A stretch of 64,000 bases of DNA, from contig CAWFSF010000001.1 of the NCBI GenBank assembly GCA_963818475.1, forward strand, positions 224,001-288,000. The letters are read 5' to 3'. The notes beneath the pieces are model-generated. The model was not told where the DNA came from and ran no database searches. It worked only from the letters and a program-made list of their open reading frames with translations. Within the stretch, counting starts at the first letter, position 1. Each line of letters begins with the position of its first letter. The translations under genes and the position numbers were made by a program. Of this stretch, positions 44,542 to 53,775 are shown piece after piece. The stretch is from Nitrospirota bacterium. Lineage in GTDB: Bacteria > Nitrospirota > UBA9217.

Positions 44542-45498
44542 TCCTTGACGTTTCCGTTTTACAATATCTGCAATAAATTCTTGTGCGGCGGCTTCACCCT
44601 TTACAAAGAGAATATCGTAATATTGCTGATCCATTCCTTCTGTCACATCTGATTCTGATATATCGACGGTGTGTGCTCCGCATGCGAATGCAACGTCTCT
44701 TCTTTTCTTAATTTCTGATCGAGTAGCATCATCAGAGGTTGAATCGTTTAATGATTCGGATTGGATAGCTAGGCTAAAAAGACTTTCAAGGCAGGTCAAG
44801 CTTGATGCTTCCAAATTCTTTCCCATAGCCATGCACGAATCCTGAGCCTCTTGTCCATACTCTTTTTTCAGATGACGGCACAGGTGCCGTAATTTAAGAT
44901 AGATGGCAGCACTATTGGAATTCCAAAATGCAAGTTCGCGTGCCGGTCGTCCGCCGCATTTGTCCATCTCAGCAACTTGGGCAATCGCATCAAATCTTTG
45001 CTTTGGATAGCCGGTAAATTTATACGTGTTGGCTTTTTTAATTTGAGACAGAACTTTTTGATCCGCTCCTTCTTCTTGAAGTAATAGTGCATTTGAATAA
45101 TAGGAAAGAGCATTATCTTTATCATCTTGCAGTAGTCTTACGACATCTTCTTTAAATGGCTTTAAAGGTAAATTACGGCTCGGATCAAAATTATATGCAA
45201 GTAAGGATATCGTTGCTATGCCTTTTGGAGATTCTATTCGGCTGGCTGATTCTAAAATACCTTTGCCTATACTCGAAGTTGGATCGCTGGCCAACATTAT
45301 TATCCCAGTTCCCATCATCAAATTAGGGTTATTGCTTGCTTTAATTGAACCTAACTCTTTTCCAGAAAACTGCTTACAATTACCAGTTAGAGACCTCGCT
45401 GGTTGGCAGTCTTCAGACTCGGAGGCCTCTAAGGATGAAGTCAAAAGAAGTGATACCGACATGATGGCAATTAATAGGACTATTCGATGTATGTTCAT
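44536..45498 (-). CDS. Gene cassette 4: secreted Cys-containing hypothetical protein
   Basis: AGGAG RBS, signal peptide MNIHRIVLLIAIMSVSLLL, stop codon in R'' of attC4. Confidence 0.75.
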   Translation of the reverse strand: MNIHRIVLLIAIMSVSLLLTSSLEASESEDCQPARSLTGNCKQFSGKELGSIKASNNPNLMMGTGIIMLASDPTSSIGKGILESASRIESPKGIATISLLAYNFDPSRNLPLKPFKEDVVRLLQDDKDNALSYYSNALLLQEEGADQKVLSQIKKANTYKFTGYPKQRFDAIAQVAEMDKCGGRPARELAFWNSNSAAIYLKLRHLCRHLKKEYGQEAQDSCMAMGKNLEASSLTCLESLFSLAIQSESLNDSTSDDATRSEIKKRRDVAFACGAHTVDISESDVTEGMDQQYYDILFVKGEAAAQEFIADIVKRKRQGN

Positions 45499-45509
45499 TT
45501 TTCTCCTAA

Positions 45510-45543
45510 GACTAACGCGCGTCACTGTAGGCGCAGGTTAATT
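45510..45543 (-). other. attC site 5, internally deleted (34 bp)
   Basis: Minus strand AATTAAC-CTGCGCCT-ACAGTGA-CGCGC-GTTAGTC; outer arms match attC2/4 but the centre is missing. Confidence 0.7.
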
Positions 45544-46017
45544 CCTTGTAATTTGTATCAATGCAAGAAAGCCAGAACCGAGTGGTTTATTTATAGGAAT
45601 AAGCTCCACTAAAACAAAATTCATCGTAAGAGTTGCTAACGACAGAAAACATACGAGAAATAAAACAATCCGAAGACTCACATGTTTGTTAATCGTTTTC
45701 AGACTCACATAGAAGATAACATCCAGGGAGATGAGAGAAATCAGGCCATCTTGAACCAAAGACCACATTGAAATATTTGAAGGCGCGGTTAGCTCATAAA
45801 GAGAGAATATCGCGACGATGATATTGAGGATTATGATTGATCGCAGTGTTATTTCTTTTTGCTGTTCAGATTTCTTGAAAAAGATTAGATAATAGGAAGC
45901 GACAGCTATGCCGATGAGAAATAGTATATATATCGTCCAAACGATGTTCCAGTGACCATAAAGATAGTCTCTGAATGTGTCACGGTAAGCAAGGATTATC
46001 TGATCCACCCCTCGCAT
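45538..46017 (-). CDS. Gene cassette 5: small multi-pass membrane protein
   Basis: AAGGAG RBS just after GTTAATT; about 4 TM; stop codon in R''. Confidence 0.75.
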   Translation of the reverse strand: MRGVDQIILAYRDTFRDYLYGHWNIVWTIYILFLIGIAVASYYLIFFKKSEQQKEITLRSIIILNIIVAIFSLYELTAPSNISMWSLVQDGLISLISLDVIFYVSLKTINKHVSLRIVLFLVCFLSLATLTMNFVLVELIPINKPLGSGFLALIQITRN

Positions 46018-46036
46018 TTGGCTCCTTTCATTTCAG

Positions 46037-46150
46037 AATTAACCAGTTATTGACTATAAGGAAGCAGGTTTATGATACCATAAACAAGTTTATGATAGCA
46101 TAAACCGGGTATTGCTATCATAAACTTTTGAGGTTTATGTTATGATAAAC
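46037..46150 (-). promoter_or_regulatory. attI-like site plus four 18-bp palindromes
   Basis: Minus strand GTCAAT-AACTG-GTTAATT (core complementary to R'' of attC5); GTTTATG-N4-CATAAAC variants at 46068, 46088, 46108 and 46133. Confidence 0.65.
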
Positions 46151-46177
46151 TTTTCCAATTCGGTATTCCCCATTTCC

Positions 46178-47332
46178 CTACATTACTTCCACCATCTTCC
46201 TGAAATGGCGGCAGTTCTGCACCAGGTCAGGACCATGCCGGAACAACCCCCCGCCGATCAGGAAGATCAGGTCCTGCCCATAGGTCTCGAGCATGTCCGG
46301 CACCTTGTCGAGACTCATGCCCCCGCCCGGAGCGGGAAAGATGGATTTTAAATGGCCCATGGGCTCGCCGGTCGCAAACGCGATCTCTTTACACTCCTCA
46401 CGGCTGAAGGAAAAACGGCCGCCGAAGTTCGGGAAGATGGTCGCATCGGCACCTGCCAGCCGCGCAAGCTGGCCGAAGATGACGCCGTGCGAGATGCCGT
46501 TCCGGCTCGTGACAAAGCTCCCCTGCAGCGCGGGGTGTGTCAGGACCGGCAAGGCTAAAGAGTCGTCGTCAGCCAACTCCCTCATCAGGTCAAAACCGAT
46601 GAGCCCCGGCGCCACCATCATCCCGCCTGCCCCCGCCTGTTTTGCGATCCTGGCCCGCTTCACCACCTCGCGGTGCGGAGCCGTGATGTTCGGGATATAG
46701 AGGCAGGGCTGGCCTGTTTCCTTAATTCCTTTTTGAACAGCTGCAGCGCAGAGCCGCACCCGTTCTTCGAAGGGAGAGCAGCTTTGATCGCTCAGGCCGT
46801 GGTCATCCTTGATGATATCCATGCCTCCCAGCACGAACTGGTACGCCAGATCTGCAAGCTCCTGTGACGATAGCCCCATGGGCTTGAGCGCCGTGGAAAG
46901 AAGCGGCCGCTTCGGTACGTTCAGGAGCGTGCGGAGCCCTTGCCTGCCGAAGCGCGGCCCTTTGAAGGCACGAAGAAGGGATTCGGGAAGATCAAGATGC
47001 TCGACCCGTATGCCCGGCTTGATGCTGCTGTTGCCGAATACGACGTTCATGAACTGCGTCAGCTCTCCCGCAGCGATCTCGTTTGCATAACTGATGATCG
47101 CTTTGAAGCCGTCGCCGCCCCAGGTCCCGAAATGCTCGATCCTGCCGAACACATGGTCCCTGATGATGCCCTCCGGCACTTCCTCTGCAGGGAATTCCAC
47201 GGTCTGCTCAATGCAGATGTCCTCCGCCTTGACGCGGGCTTCCGCCTCGCTGCCGAAGAGGCGGTAGGTCACGGAGAACCGGTCGCCGGAGAACAGCGAT
47301 GCCGGGGTGCAGGTTGTCTGGATTATGGACAT
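46178..47332 (-). CDS. RuBisCO-like protein (form IV)
   Basis: ICIEQTVE, GPRFG, LKPMG, DIIKDDHGL, APGGG. Confidence 0.9.
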   Translation of the reverse strand: MSIIQTTCTPASLFSGDRFSVTYRLFGSEAEARVKAEDICIEQTVEFPAEEVPEGIIRDHVFGRIEHFGTWGGDGFKAIISYANEIAAGELTQFMNVVFGNSSIKPGIRVEHLDLPESLLRAFKGPRFGRQGLRTLLNVPKRPLLSTALKPMGLSSQELADLAYQFVLGGMDIIKDDHGLSDQSCSPFEERVRLCAAAVQKGIKETGQPCLYIPNITAPHREVVKRARIAKQAGAGGMMVAPGLIGFDLMRELADDDSLALPVLTHPALQGSFVTSRNGISHGVIFGQLARLAGADATIFPNFGGRFSFSREECKEIAFATGEPMGHLKSIFPAPGGGMSLDKVPDMLETYGQDLIFLIGGGLFRHGPDLVQNCRHFRKMVEVM

Positions 47333-47449
47333 GGAAAGGTTCCTTTGGATAAACAGGCGGACAACACGTCGCGACTACTATAGGATATGGCACGGGAAGA
47401 TTCAAGAAAAAAGAGGGACGGGTCGTTAAGGCTCATGCAGTTCATGCAT

Positions 47450-47643
47450 GATGCATTCGTAAAAAGTCCAAGGTGATTTGTTTTCATCATCTAAGGATGA
47501 TGGCCTCGTAAGAAGTCCCTAACTGCTGTCATTGCGAGGAGCGGAGCGACGCGGCAATCTCGATTTATCAGGCAGATACGGACTGCGAGATTGCTTCGCT
47601 ACGCTCGCAAAGACGGCTTTCTCGACTTTTTACGATTGTATCA
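47450..47643. repeat. Nested palindromic repeats: CGTC-like REP doublet inside CGTAAAAAGTC/GACTTTTTACG arms
   Basis: GTCATTGCGAGGAGCGGAGCGACGCGGCAATCTC...GAGATTGCTTCGCTACGCTCGCAAAGAC; related half copies near 23415 and 61534. Confidence 0.7.
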
Positions 47644-47688
47644 AGGATACAGGCTGTTCAGATAATCGCTGTGGGAGGTCAGGCGCGG

Positions 47689-48195
47689 CTAGTCCCTGGG
47701 CGATCCGACCAGCTTTCCTTCTTCCTGGCTTTCCCGCTTTCTTGCCTCTGCAGCCTTCAGGAGGAGCACCTCATAAGCTTCCATTGCCTTCTTCGCGCCT
47801 GCCTCGTCTTTCTTAAGCTCGTAAGCGTCCTTCAGGGTTTCGTAGAAACGCATCTCGTTCACATAACTGCGTGAACGGCCGCCAATGCCGCTCTTCACCT
47901 GCGCCTCTTCCTCGGCGATCAACTGCTGAAGGACCGCGATGGCCGCGTCGGGATTGTTCTCGGCAATATGGGCCACCGCTGTCCGCAGGTCGAGGAACTG
48001 CAGCCGCTCCCGCATTTCGATCGCATAGGTCGGGTCCTTTTCCATACGGTCCTTGTCCCGCGCCATATAAATGGCGTTCCGCTCATGCGCGATAATGGCG
48101 CTCTCGGGCGCCGATACCCTCCGCATCGTATAGACCGCGAGCATGATCAAGACAACAAGGACGGACAGGATGGTTATTCTCACGTACGTTTTCAT
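47689..48195 (-). CDS. Hypothetical membrane-anchored helical protein
   Basis: AAGGAGG RBS, N-terminal TM segment. Confidence 0.7.
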   Translation of the reverse strand: MKTYVRITILSVLVVLIMLAVYTMRRVSAPESAIIAHERNAIYMARDKDRMEKDPTYAIEMRERLQFLDLRTAVAHIAENNPDAAIAVLQQLIAEEEAQVKSGIGGRSRSYVNEMRFYETLKDAYELKKDEAGAKKAMEAYEVLLLKAAEARKRESQEEGKLVGSPRD

Positions 48196-48452
48196 GGGGC
48201 CTCCTTGACAAGCGCAGTGTTCCCGAAATTATTTCAACCAGCAGCCTCCGATGGGTAAAACGATAGTACACGCGAGAAGAAAAGGCAAGTGCAAAGAAGA
48301 GGAATGGAGTTGCTAACCATTGAGACAAACCGGAACAAAGCAAAAGCCTTTTCTGCCGTTATCCGCGCTCATCAGATTTCGCTTAGAAGCGCCTACTTCT
48401 GGTATCCGCCTCCAAAAATTTTCCGGAGGTCTTGCCTGTGGGATTGCCCGGG

Positions 48453-51105
48453 TCAGGCAAGACTTTTTGCCACGATCTCATGAACGTCTTTGGACAGTCC
48501 CGGCGTTGCCAGGATCCGTTCGAGCTGCGCTTTCATCAGCGTCCGACGCGAAGCGTTGTACCGCTTCCAGAGCGTGAACGCGGATGCGAGCCGCGCCGCG
48601 ATCTGGGGGTTCATGGCATCCACCTGCAGGACCGTATCGGCAAGGAACGCGTATCCGTCCCCGCTCGCGTCATGAAAACGCACGGCATTGGCGGAGAAGG
48701 CACCGATCAGCGCACGCACCTTGTTGGGGTTCCTGAGGGAGAAGGCCGGATGCTGCGTCAGCGCCTTGACATTGTCCAGCGTCGTCGGCAGGGACGAGCC
48801 TGCCTGGATCGCAAGCCACTTGTCCATCACCAGCGGGTCCTGGTTCCACTTTTCGTAGAACTCGGCCAGGGCATCCTGCCGCTCCCGGCAATCGAGATTG
48901 GCGAGGCTTGCAAGCGCGGCGATCACCTCGGTCATGTTGTTGCCCTTGTGGAACTGCTCCATGCACAAGAGCCGCATTTCGCGCGTATCCAGTTCGGCAA
49001 GATAGCCGAGGCAGACGTTCCTGAGGCTCCGCTTGCCAACAGAGGCCGGGTCAAGGAGATAAGGGCCGTCGTCCCGCAAGGTCGTATGCAGCTCAAGAAA
49101 GTTGTCCTTCATTCGCGAGGCCAGGGTGCGGACCACGAATCGCCGCGCCTCGTGGACCGCTGCCGGATCGATCTCGTCCATGAATTCGGCAAGGTACGTT
49201 TCAGAAGGCAGCGTCAGCGCCATTGCCAAAAATCCATGGTCGAGCGCGGTGCTCTCCAGCGTCTTCCGGAAAGCCTCTATGAAACGGCTGCCCAGCACCA
49301 GTTTGTTTCCTGCCTGCTGTTCGCGAACAAGCGCAAGGATCGTCTTGATCGCCATCTGCTGGCATGCGTCCCAGCGGTTGAACTCGTCACTATCATTCGC
49401 CATGAGGAACATGAGCTCGTCATCGCTCCGCTCCATCTTGAGCTTGACCGGCGCGGAGAACCCCCGCAAGAGCGACAGAACCGGCTCATCAGGAACATCG
49501 GCAAAGACAAAGGTCTCTTCTGCCTTCCGCAGTTCAAGGACGCCGGAGCGGAGGCCCTCTTTTTCATGGGCCGGCTTCAGCGGCAGGTCGCGGCCGTCCT
49601 TGCCGAGCAGGCCCATTGCCAGCGGCATATGGAACGGGAGCTTTTCAGCCTGGCCCGGCGTGGTCGGGCAGGTCTGCGTTGACCGTCAGGGTAAAGGTCC
49701 GCGCCTCGGCGTCATAGAAGCGGCTGACCTGCAGTTCCGGCGTCCCTGCCTGCGTGTACCAGCGCTTGAACTGCGTCAGGTCGACGCCGCTCGCGTCTTC
49801 CATGGCCTTCACGAAGTCGTCGGTCGTGACCGCCTGGCCGTCGTGCCGTTCGAAGTAGAGGTCGGTGCCTTTCCGGAACCGCGCAGGGCCGAGCAGCGTA
49901 TGCATCATGCGGATCACCTCGGCGCCCTTGTTGTACACGGTCAGGGTGTAGAAGTTGTTGATCTCCACATAGGACTCGGGCCTTACCGGGTGCGCCATGG
50001 GGCCGCTGTCCTCGCGGAACTGGTGCGTGCGCAGGATGTTCACGTCGCTGATGCGCTTGACGCCCTTCGAGGTCATGTCCTCCATGAACTGCTGGTCCCG
50101 GAACACGGTGAAGCCTTCCTTGAGCGACAGCTGGAACCAGTCGCGGCAGGTGACCCGGTCGCCGGACCAGTTGTGGAAGTACTCGTGGCCCACCACGCCC
50201 ATGATGCCCTGGAAATCCGTGTCCGTTGCCGTCTCCTGTTTCGCCAGCACGTATTTGGAGTTGAAGATGTTCAGCCCCTTGTTCTCCATGGCGCCCATGT
50301 TGAAATCGTCGGTCGCCACGATCATGAAGAGGTCCAGGTCGTATTCCCTGCCGTACTGCTCTTCGTCCCACTGCATGGCCTTCTTGAGCGATCCCATGGC
50401 ATGGCCGCACTTGTCCTTGTTATGCTCCTGGACATAGATGTGGAGCGCGACCTCTTTGCCCGACATGGTCCTGAACCGGTCCTCGATGCGTACCAGGTCG
50501 CCTGCCACGAGCGCGAAGAGGTAGGCGGGCTTGAGCGACGGATCGTGCCATTTGGCAAAATGCTTTCCGTCCCTGAGTTCGCCGGAATCGATGAGGTTCC
50601 CGTTCGAGAGCAGCACCGGATACTTGGCTTTGTCCGCAACGATGGTGGTCATGAAACGGGCCATCACGTCCGGCCTGTCGAGGAAGTAGGTGATCCTGCG
50701 GAACCCTTCGGCCTCGCACTGGGTAAAGAAGTTCCTGCCCGACGTGTAGAGGCCGTTCAGCGCGGTGTTGTTCTTCGGGCTGATGGCCGTTTCTATCTCG
50801 AGCGTGAACTGCCCCGGCACTCCCGGGATAGTGAGTGATTCCTCATCCAGCGCAAATTCGCCGGGCCCGAGCTTCCTTCCGTCGAGCGACACCGAGAGCA
50901 GCTCCAGGTCCCTGCCGTCAAGCTTCAGCGGCCTGCTCCCGCTGCCGGGGCCATTGGCCGCCTGAACGATCAGAAGGGATTTGACCAGGGTGCGCTCCTC
51001 GCCCAGGTCGAACTGGAGGTTCGCGGTAAGAATGCGGTAATCCGGCGGCTGGTAGTCCTTGAGGTAGGTTACGGCATGGGACTTTGCAGCATGCGAGTCG
51101 TTCAT
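48453..51105 (-). CDS. pepN: Aminopeptidase N, frameshifted near 49680
   Basis: TQCEAEGFRR, GAMENKG, HEYFHNW, NPNKVRALIG. Confidence 0.95.
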
Positions 51106-51210
51106 AGAGGGTTCCAGTCAGTGATATTTCGGTTGAATTTATTGCAATAAAGAAGACGCCTGTTCGGTCCCGGGATTTTACCTCAGAAGGATGAAGCAGG
51201 AAAAAACATT

Positions 51211-51291
51211 TCCGCAGATTGCGCGGATGGCCGCAGATTTTCGATAAAATTCCAGATTTTCTTAATCGGTGAAATCTGCGGAATCTGCGGA
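51211..51291. repeat. 9-nt-period inverted-repeat element (CGCAGAT type)
   Basis: TCCGCAGATTGCGCGGATGGCCGCAGAT ... ATCGGTGAAATCTGCGGAATCTGCGGA. Confidence 0.8.
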
Positions 51292-51317
51292 TACGGTCCT
51301 GGCCTGAGACTCTTCCG

Positions 51318-51797
51318 CTAATCCACCACGATAACGGCTATGCCTGCGGCGTGGCTTATGACCTTGTTCGTAACGACACCAATAAGGTGGCGGCTGCCAT
51401 TGCCGCTGCTGTGCCGGCCGAGTACGATCGTATCGAACCCGCCGTCCTTTGCGGCTTCGAGAATGCTGTCGGCAGCGTCAAGGGAGTCGGATATGGTTTT
51501 CCTGCTGATCCCGGCCGCGCTGACCCCCCGGGCAACCAGCAGCTCCGTCGCCTTCCGGAACAGGGGCTCCATTTTCACCAACCGGTCGGCAAGCCATTTG
51601 TCGACCACCTTTTTCCGGTCTTTTTTCTCGTCATCGCTCAGGATATGCCCTTCGTCCCAGAAGATCGCCGGAAGGTTCGGCAGCACATGCACAAGCGTGA
51701 TCTGCAGATCTTTTGCTCCGGAAAACTGTTCTGCCGCATACTCGACCGACTTCATCGAGCTTTTTGATTCATCAAGCGCTATCAGCATTTTGCCCAT
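51318..51797 (-). CDS. Universal stress protein
   Basis: LIALDES, TLVHV, DTIVLGR...IGVVTNKV. Confidence 0.88.
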   Translation of the reverse strand: MGKMLIALDESKSSMKSVEYAAEQFSGAKDLQITLVHVLPNLPAIFWDEGHILSDDEKKDRKKVVDKWLADRLVKMEPLFRKATELLVARGVSAAGISRKTISDSLDAADSILEAAKDGGFDTIVLGRHSSGNGSRHLIGVVTNKVISHAAGIAVIVVD

Positions 51798-52225
51798 GCT
51801 AGCCTCCCTGCCGCTGTTCCTGCGGCATCGTTCTGTTCTCGTTGTTTCTTATAATTAAAGGATAGTCCAAATCAGGAAAAAAGGCAAGCAATCTGTCCTC
51901 GCTAAGCTGTCAGCTGATATCGCCCGTGCCGCACGCGCTAAATGTTCGACGATCCAGCGTTATGGCCGCATGCTAAAGCGTCCTCTGGACCGCTTGTTGC
52001 TCGAGCTTCTCCCTGCCATGAGTATGCCGTATCGTACTGCATAGGATCATCAGGAGGCCATATTTAATGAGCTCGATACCGATTGGATCGCGCTGGTCTA
52101 TCCAAACCGGCAGTGAAATAGGCCTTAGCAGCTTCGGAAAATACAGCTTGCTATTTACCGAGCTTTTCCCTAAAGTCTCACAAAATAGAGGAGTTCCCGA
52201 TATAAAAAATATATTATATTTTTTC

Positions 52226-52254
52226 TTGACAATTAACCTATAGGTTAATAGAAT
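52226..52254 (+). promoter_or_regulatory. Sigma70 promoter with perfect 18-bp operator palindrome
   Basis: TTGACA-17 bp-TAGAAT; spacer forms ATTAACCTATAGGTTAAT (52232-52249). Confidence 0.8.
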
Positions 52255-52654
52255 GTATATACAAAAGATACGAACAAAAGAGGGCTGTGCCTGGCGGATA
52301 TACGCGGTGTGTTCGGACCGGGGCGATTGTCAAGTTGTGGAATTCCTTTCTGACCAACCTTCAAATTTAGAAGCCAACAGAGACAGACTAATTGCCCTCT
52401 TCGACTATGTAGTGGAAAAGGGGCCGCGTTTATTGCCGGAGGACAGGTGTCATCAGTTAGCGGATGATATCTGGGAGTTCATCGCCGGCAGGCTTCGCAT
52501 TGCCTGGTTTTACGATGAGGGAAAACTTATTGTCTGCACACATGGCTTTGTAAAGAAATCGCAAAAGACAAAAAAGTCGGACATACAAAGAGCAGTGGAT
52601 GCAAAAAAACTCTACTTTAAAGAAAAAGAACAAAACAACGTAATATCGACTTAA
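52253..52654 (+). CDS. HigB/RelE (Gp49-like) toxin
   Basis: DIWEF...RLRIAWFY...CTHGFVKKSQKT. Confidence 0.85.
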   Translation: MYIQKIRTKEGCAWRIYAVCSDRGDCQVVEFLSDQPSNLEANRDRLIALFDYVVEKGPRLLPEDRCHQLADDIWEFIAGRLRIAWFYDEGKLIVCTHGFVKKSQKTKKSDIQRAVDAKKLYFKEKEQNNVIST

Positions 52655-52671
52655 AAACGGGGAATAAAACG

Positions 52672-53070
52672 ATGAAGAAGAAATCTCTCGACGCACTGTT
52701 TGAATCTGTTAAAACAAAAGACACTTACTGGACGAGCAGGGCGATACTGGAGTTTACGTCAGATCTTTACCAACTCATGAAGCAACGGGGTAAGACCAAA
52801 GCAGACACGGCACGCGTTCTCAAAACCAGTCAGGCATATATGACGAAAGTCTTTAAAGGCGATGTCAATTTTACCATTGATTCCATGGTCCGTCTCACCC
52901 GGGCGCTGGGCGGGAAGGTTCATATCCACGTCGTTGCCGATAATGTCGATGTACGATGGTTCGATGTGATTAAAGGAGAAAAGAAAACAGCGGCGTCCTG
53001 GAAACCGAACGAGTTCGAAAAAATCACAAGCGAGGGATCGAACGATGTCAAAGAGCCCATTGCGGCTTGA
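52672..53070 (+). CDS. HigA-like HTH antitoxin with C-terminal extension
   Basis: KADTARVLKTSQAYMTKVFKGDVNFTIDSMVRLTRALG followed by a ~45-aa tail. Confidence 0.82.
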   Translation: MKKKSLDALFESVKTKDTYWTSRAILEFTSDLYQLMKQRGKTKADTARVLKTSQAYMTKVFKGDVNFTIDSMVRLTRALGGKVHIHVVADNVDVRWFDVIKGEKKTAASWKPNEFEKITSEGSNDVKEPIAA

Positions 53071-53494
53071 GAAATATTTCTGGACCGAAGTCACCTTAAA
53101 AGCAAATCCGAATTTCAAACCTGAGGATTTTAAGGATGGCAACATAGACTTCACCAGTAAATCAAACGTGAAAGTCGGGACGAGTAAAAAGAACCCGCAT
53201 GAATTTCAGGTCATGCTCAATGTTAAGATAGAGCCGGTGGATGAGCGGCCGCTGCCCTATGATGCTACACTCGAGCTGGTTGGGTTCTTCAACGTCGACA
53301 CTGTGATTGCCGCTGATGCAGCCACCAACCTTGCGCGCGTGACCGGCGCTTCAATCCTCTACAGCGCCGCTCGCGAATTTCTCCTTACTCTCATGAGCCG
53401 CGGCCCCTGGGAGCCGCTTATGCTGCCGACAATTTCGTTCACTGAGTTGGCGCAGAAGAAGCAGGGGAAAAAGGAGATGGCGGGAAAACTATAG
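53045..53494 (+). CDS. SecB-like chaperone
   Basis: SPLRLEKY, LELVGFF, GASILYSAAREFLLTLMSRGPWEPLMLPTISF. Confidence 0.8.
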   Translation: MSKSPLRLEKYFWTEVTLKANPNFKPEDFKDGNIDFTSKSNVKVGTSKKNPHEFQVMLNVKIEPVDERPLPYDATLELVGFFNVDTVIAADAATNLARVTGASILYSAAREFLLTLMSRGPWEPLMLPTISFTELAQKKQGKKEMAGKL

Positions 53495-53775
53495 ATCAAT
53501 CAGGCGTCGAATATTTCAAGACCCTGCTCAACCGAAGTCCGATGTTATGCGTCGGATACCCCTGTAGGTTAAGCGGGGGGTACCCGGCGCGAACGATCCT
53601 CAGACCATGTCCCTTCCAATCGATTTAAACCATATTTAAACGTCCATTATGCTTGTAAATGGTCCTTGCACTACAAACTCAACAAGCTCGGATGAGCAGT
53701 GACCCTCCAAGTCTCTGCTTCCTTTGCCCAAAACTCATTTTCATATATTTTCTGAAAGGGATACTGAAATATCCT

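Noticed and set aside
36788-45543. Repeated ~59-bp palindromes as a CRISPR array
   Set aside because: They are separated by kb-size genes rather than 30-40 bp spacers, have attC box structure, and no cas genes are present.
46068-46150. 18-bp repeats as a mini-CRISPR or the chromosomal dif site
   Set aside because: Spacers are only 2-7 bp, and the outer arm lacks the conserved XerD sequence TTATGTTAAAT; reported only as dif-like geometry.
35877-47332. Carbonic anhydrase plus RuBisCO-like gene as a carbon-fixation or carboxysome locus
   Set aside because: The protein is form IV (KDDH), and no small subunit, prk or shell genes are present.
51900-52120. Possible gene remnants flanking the TAC operon (also about 53500-53770)
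   Set aside because: No recognisable protein similarity by eye, so no call can be supported.
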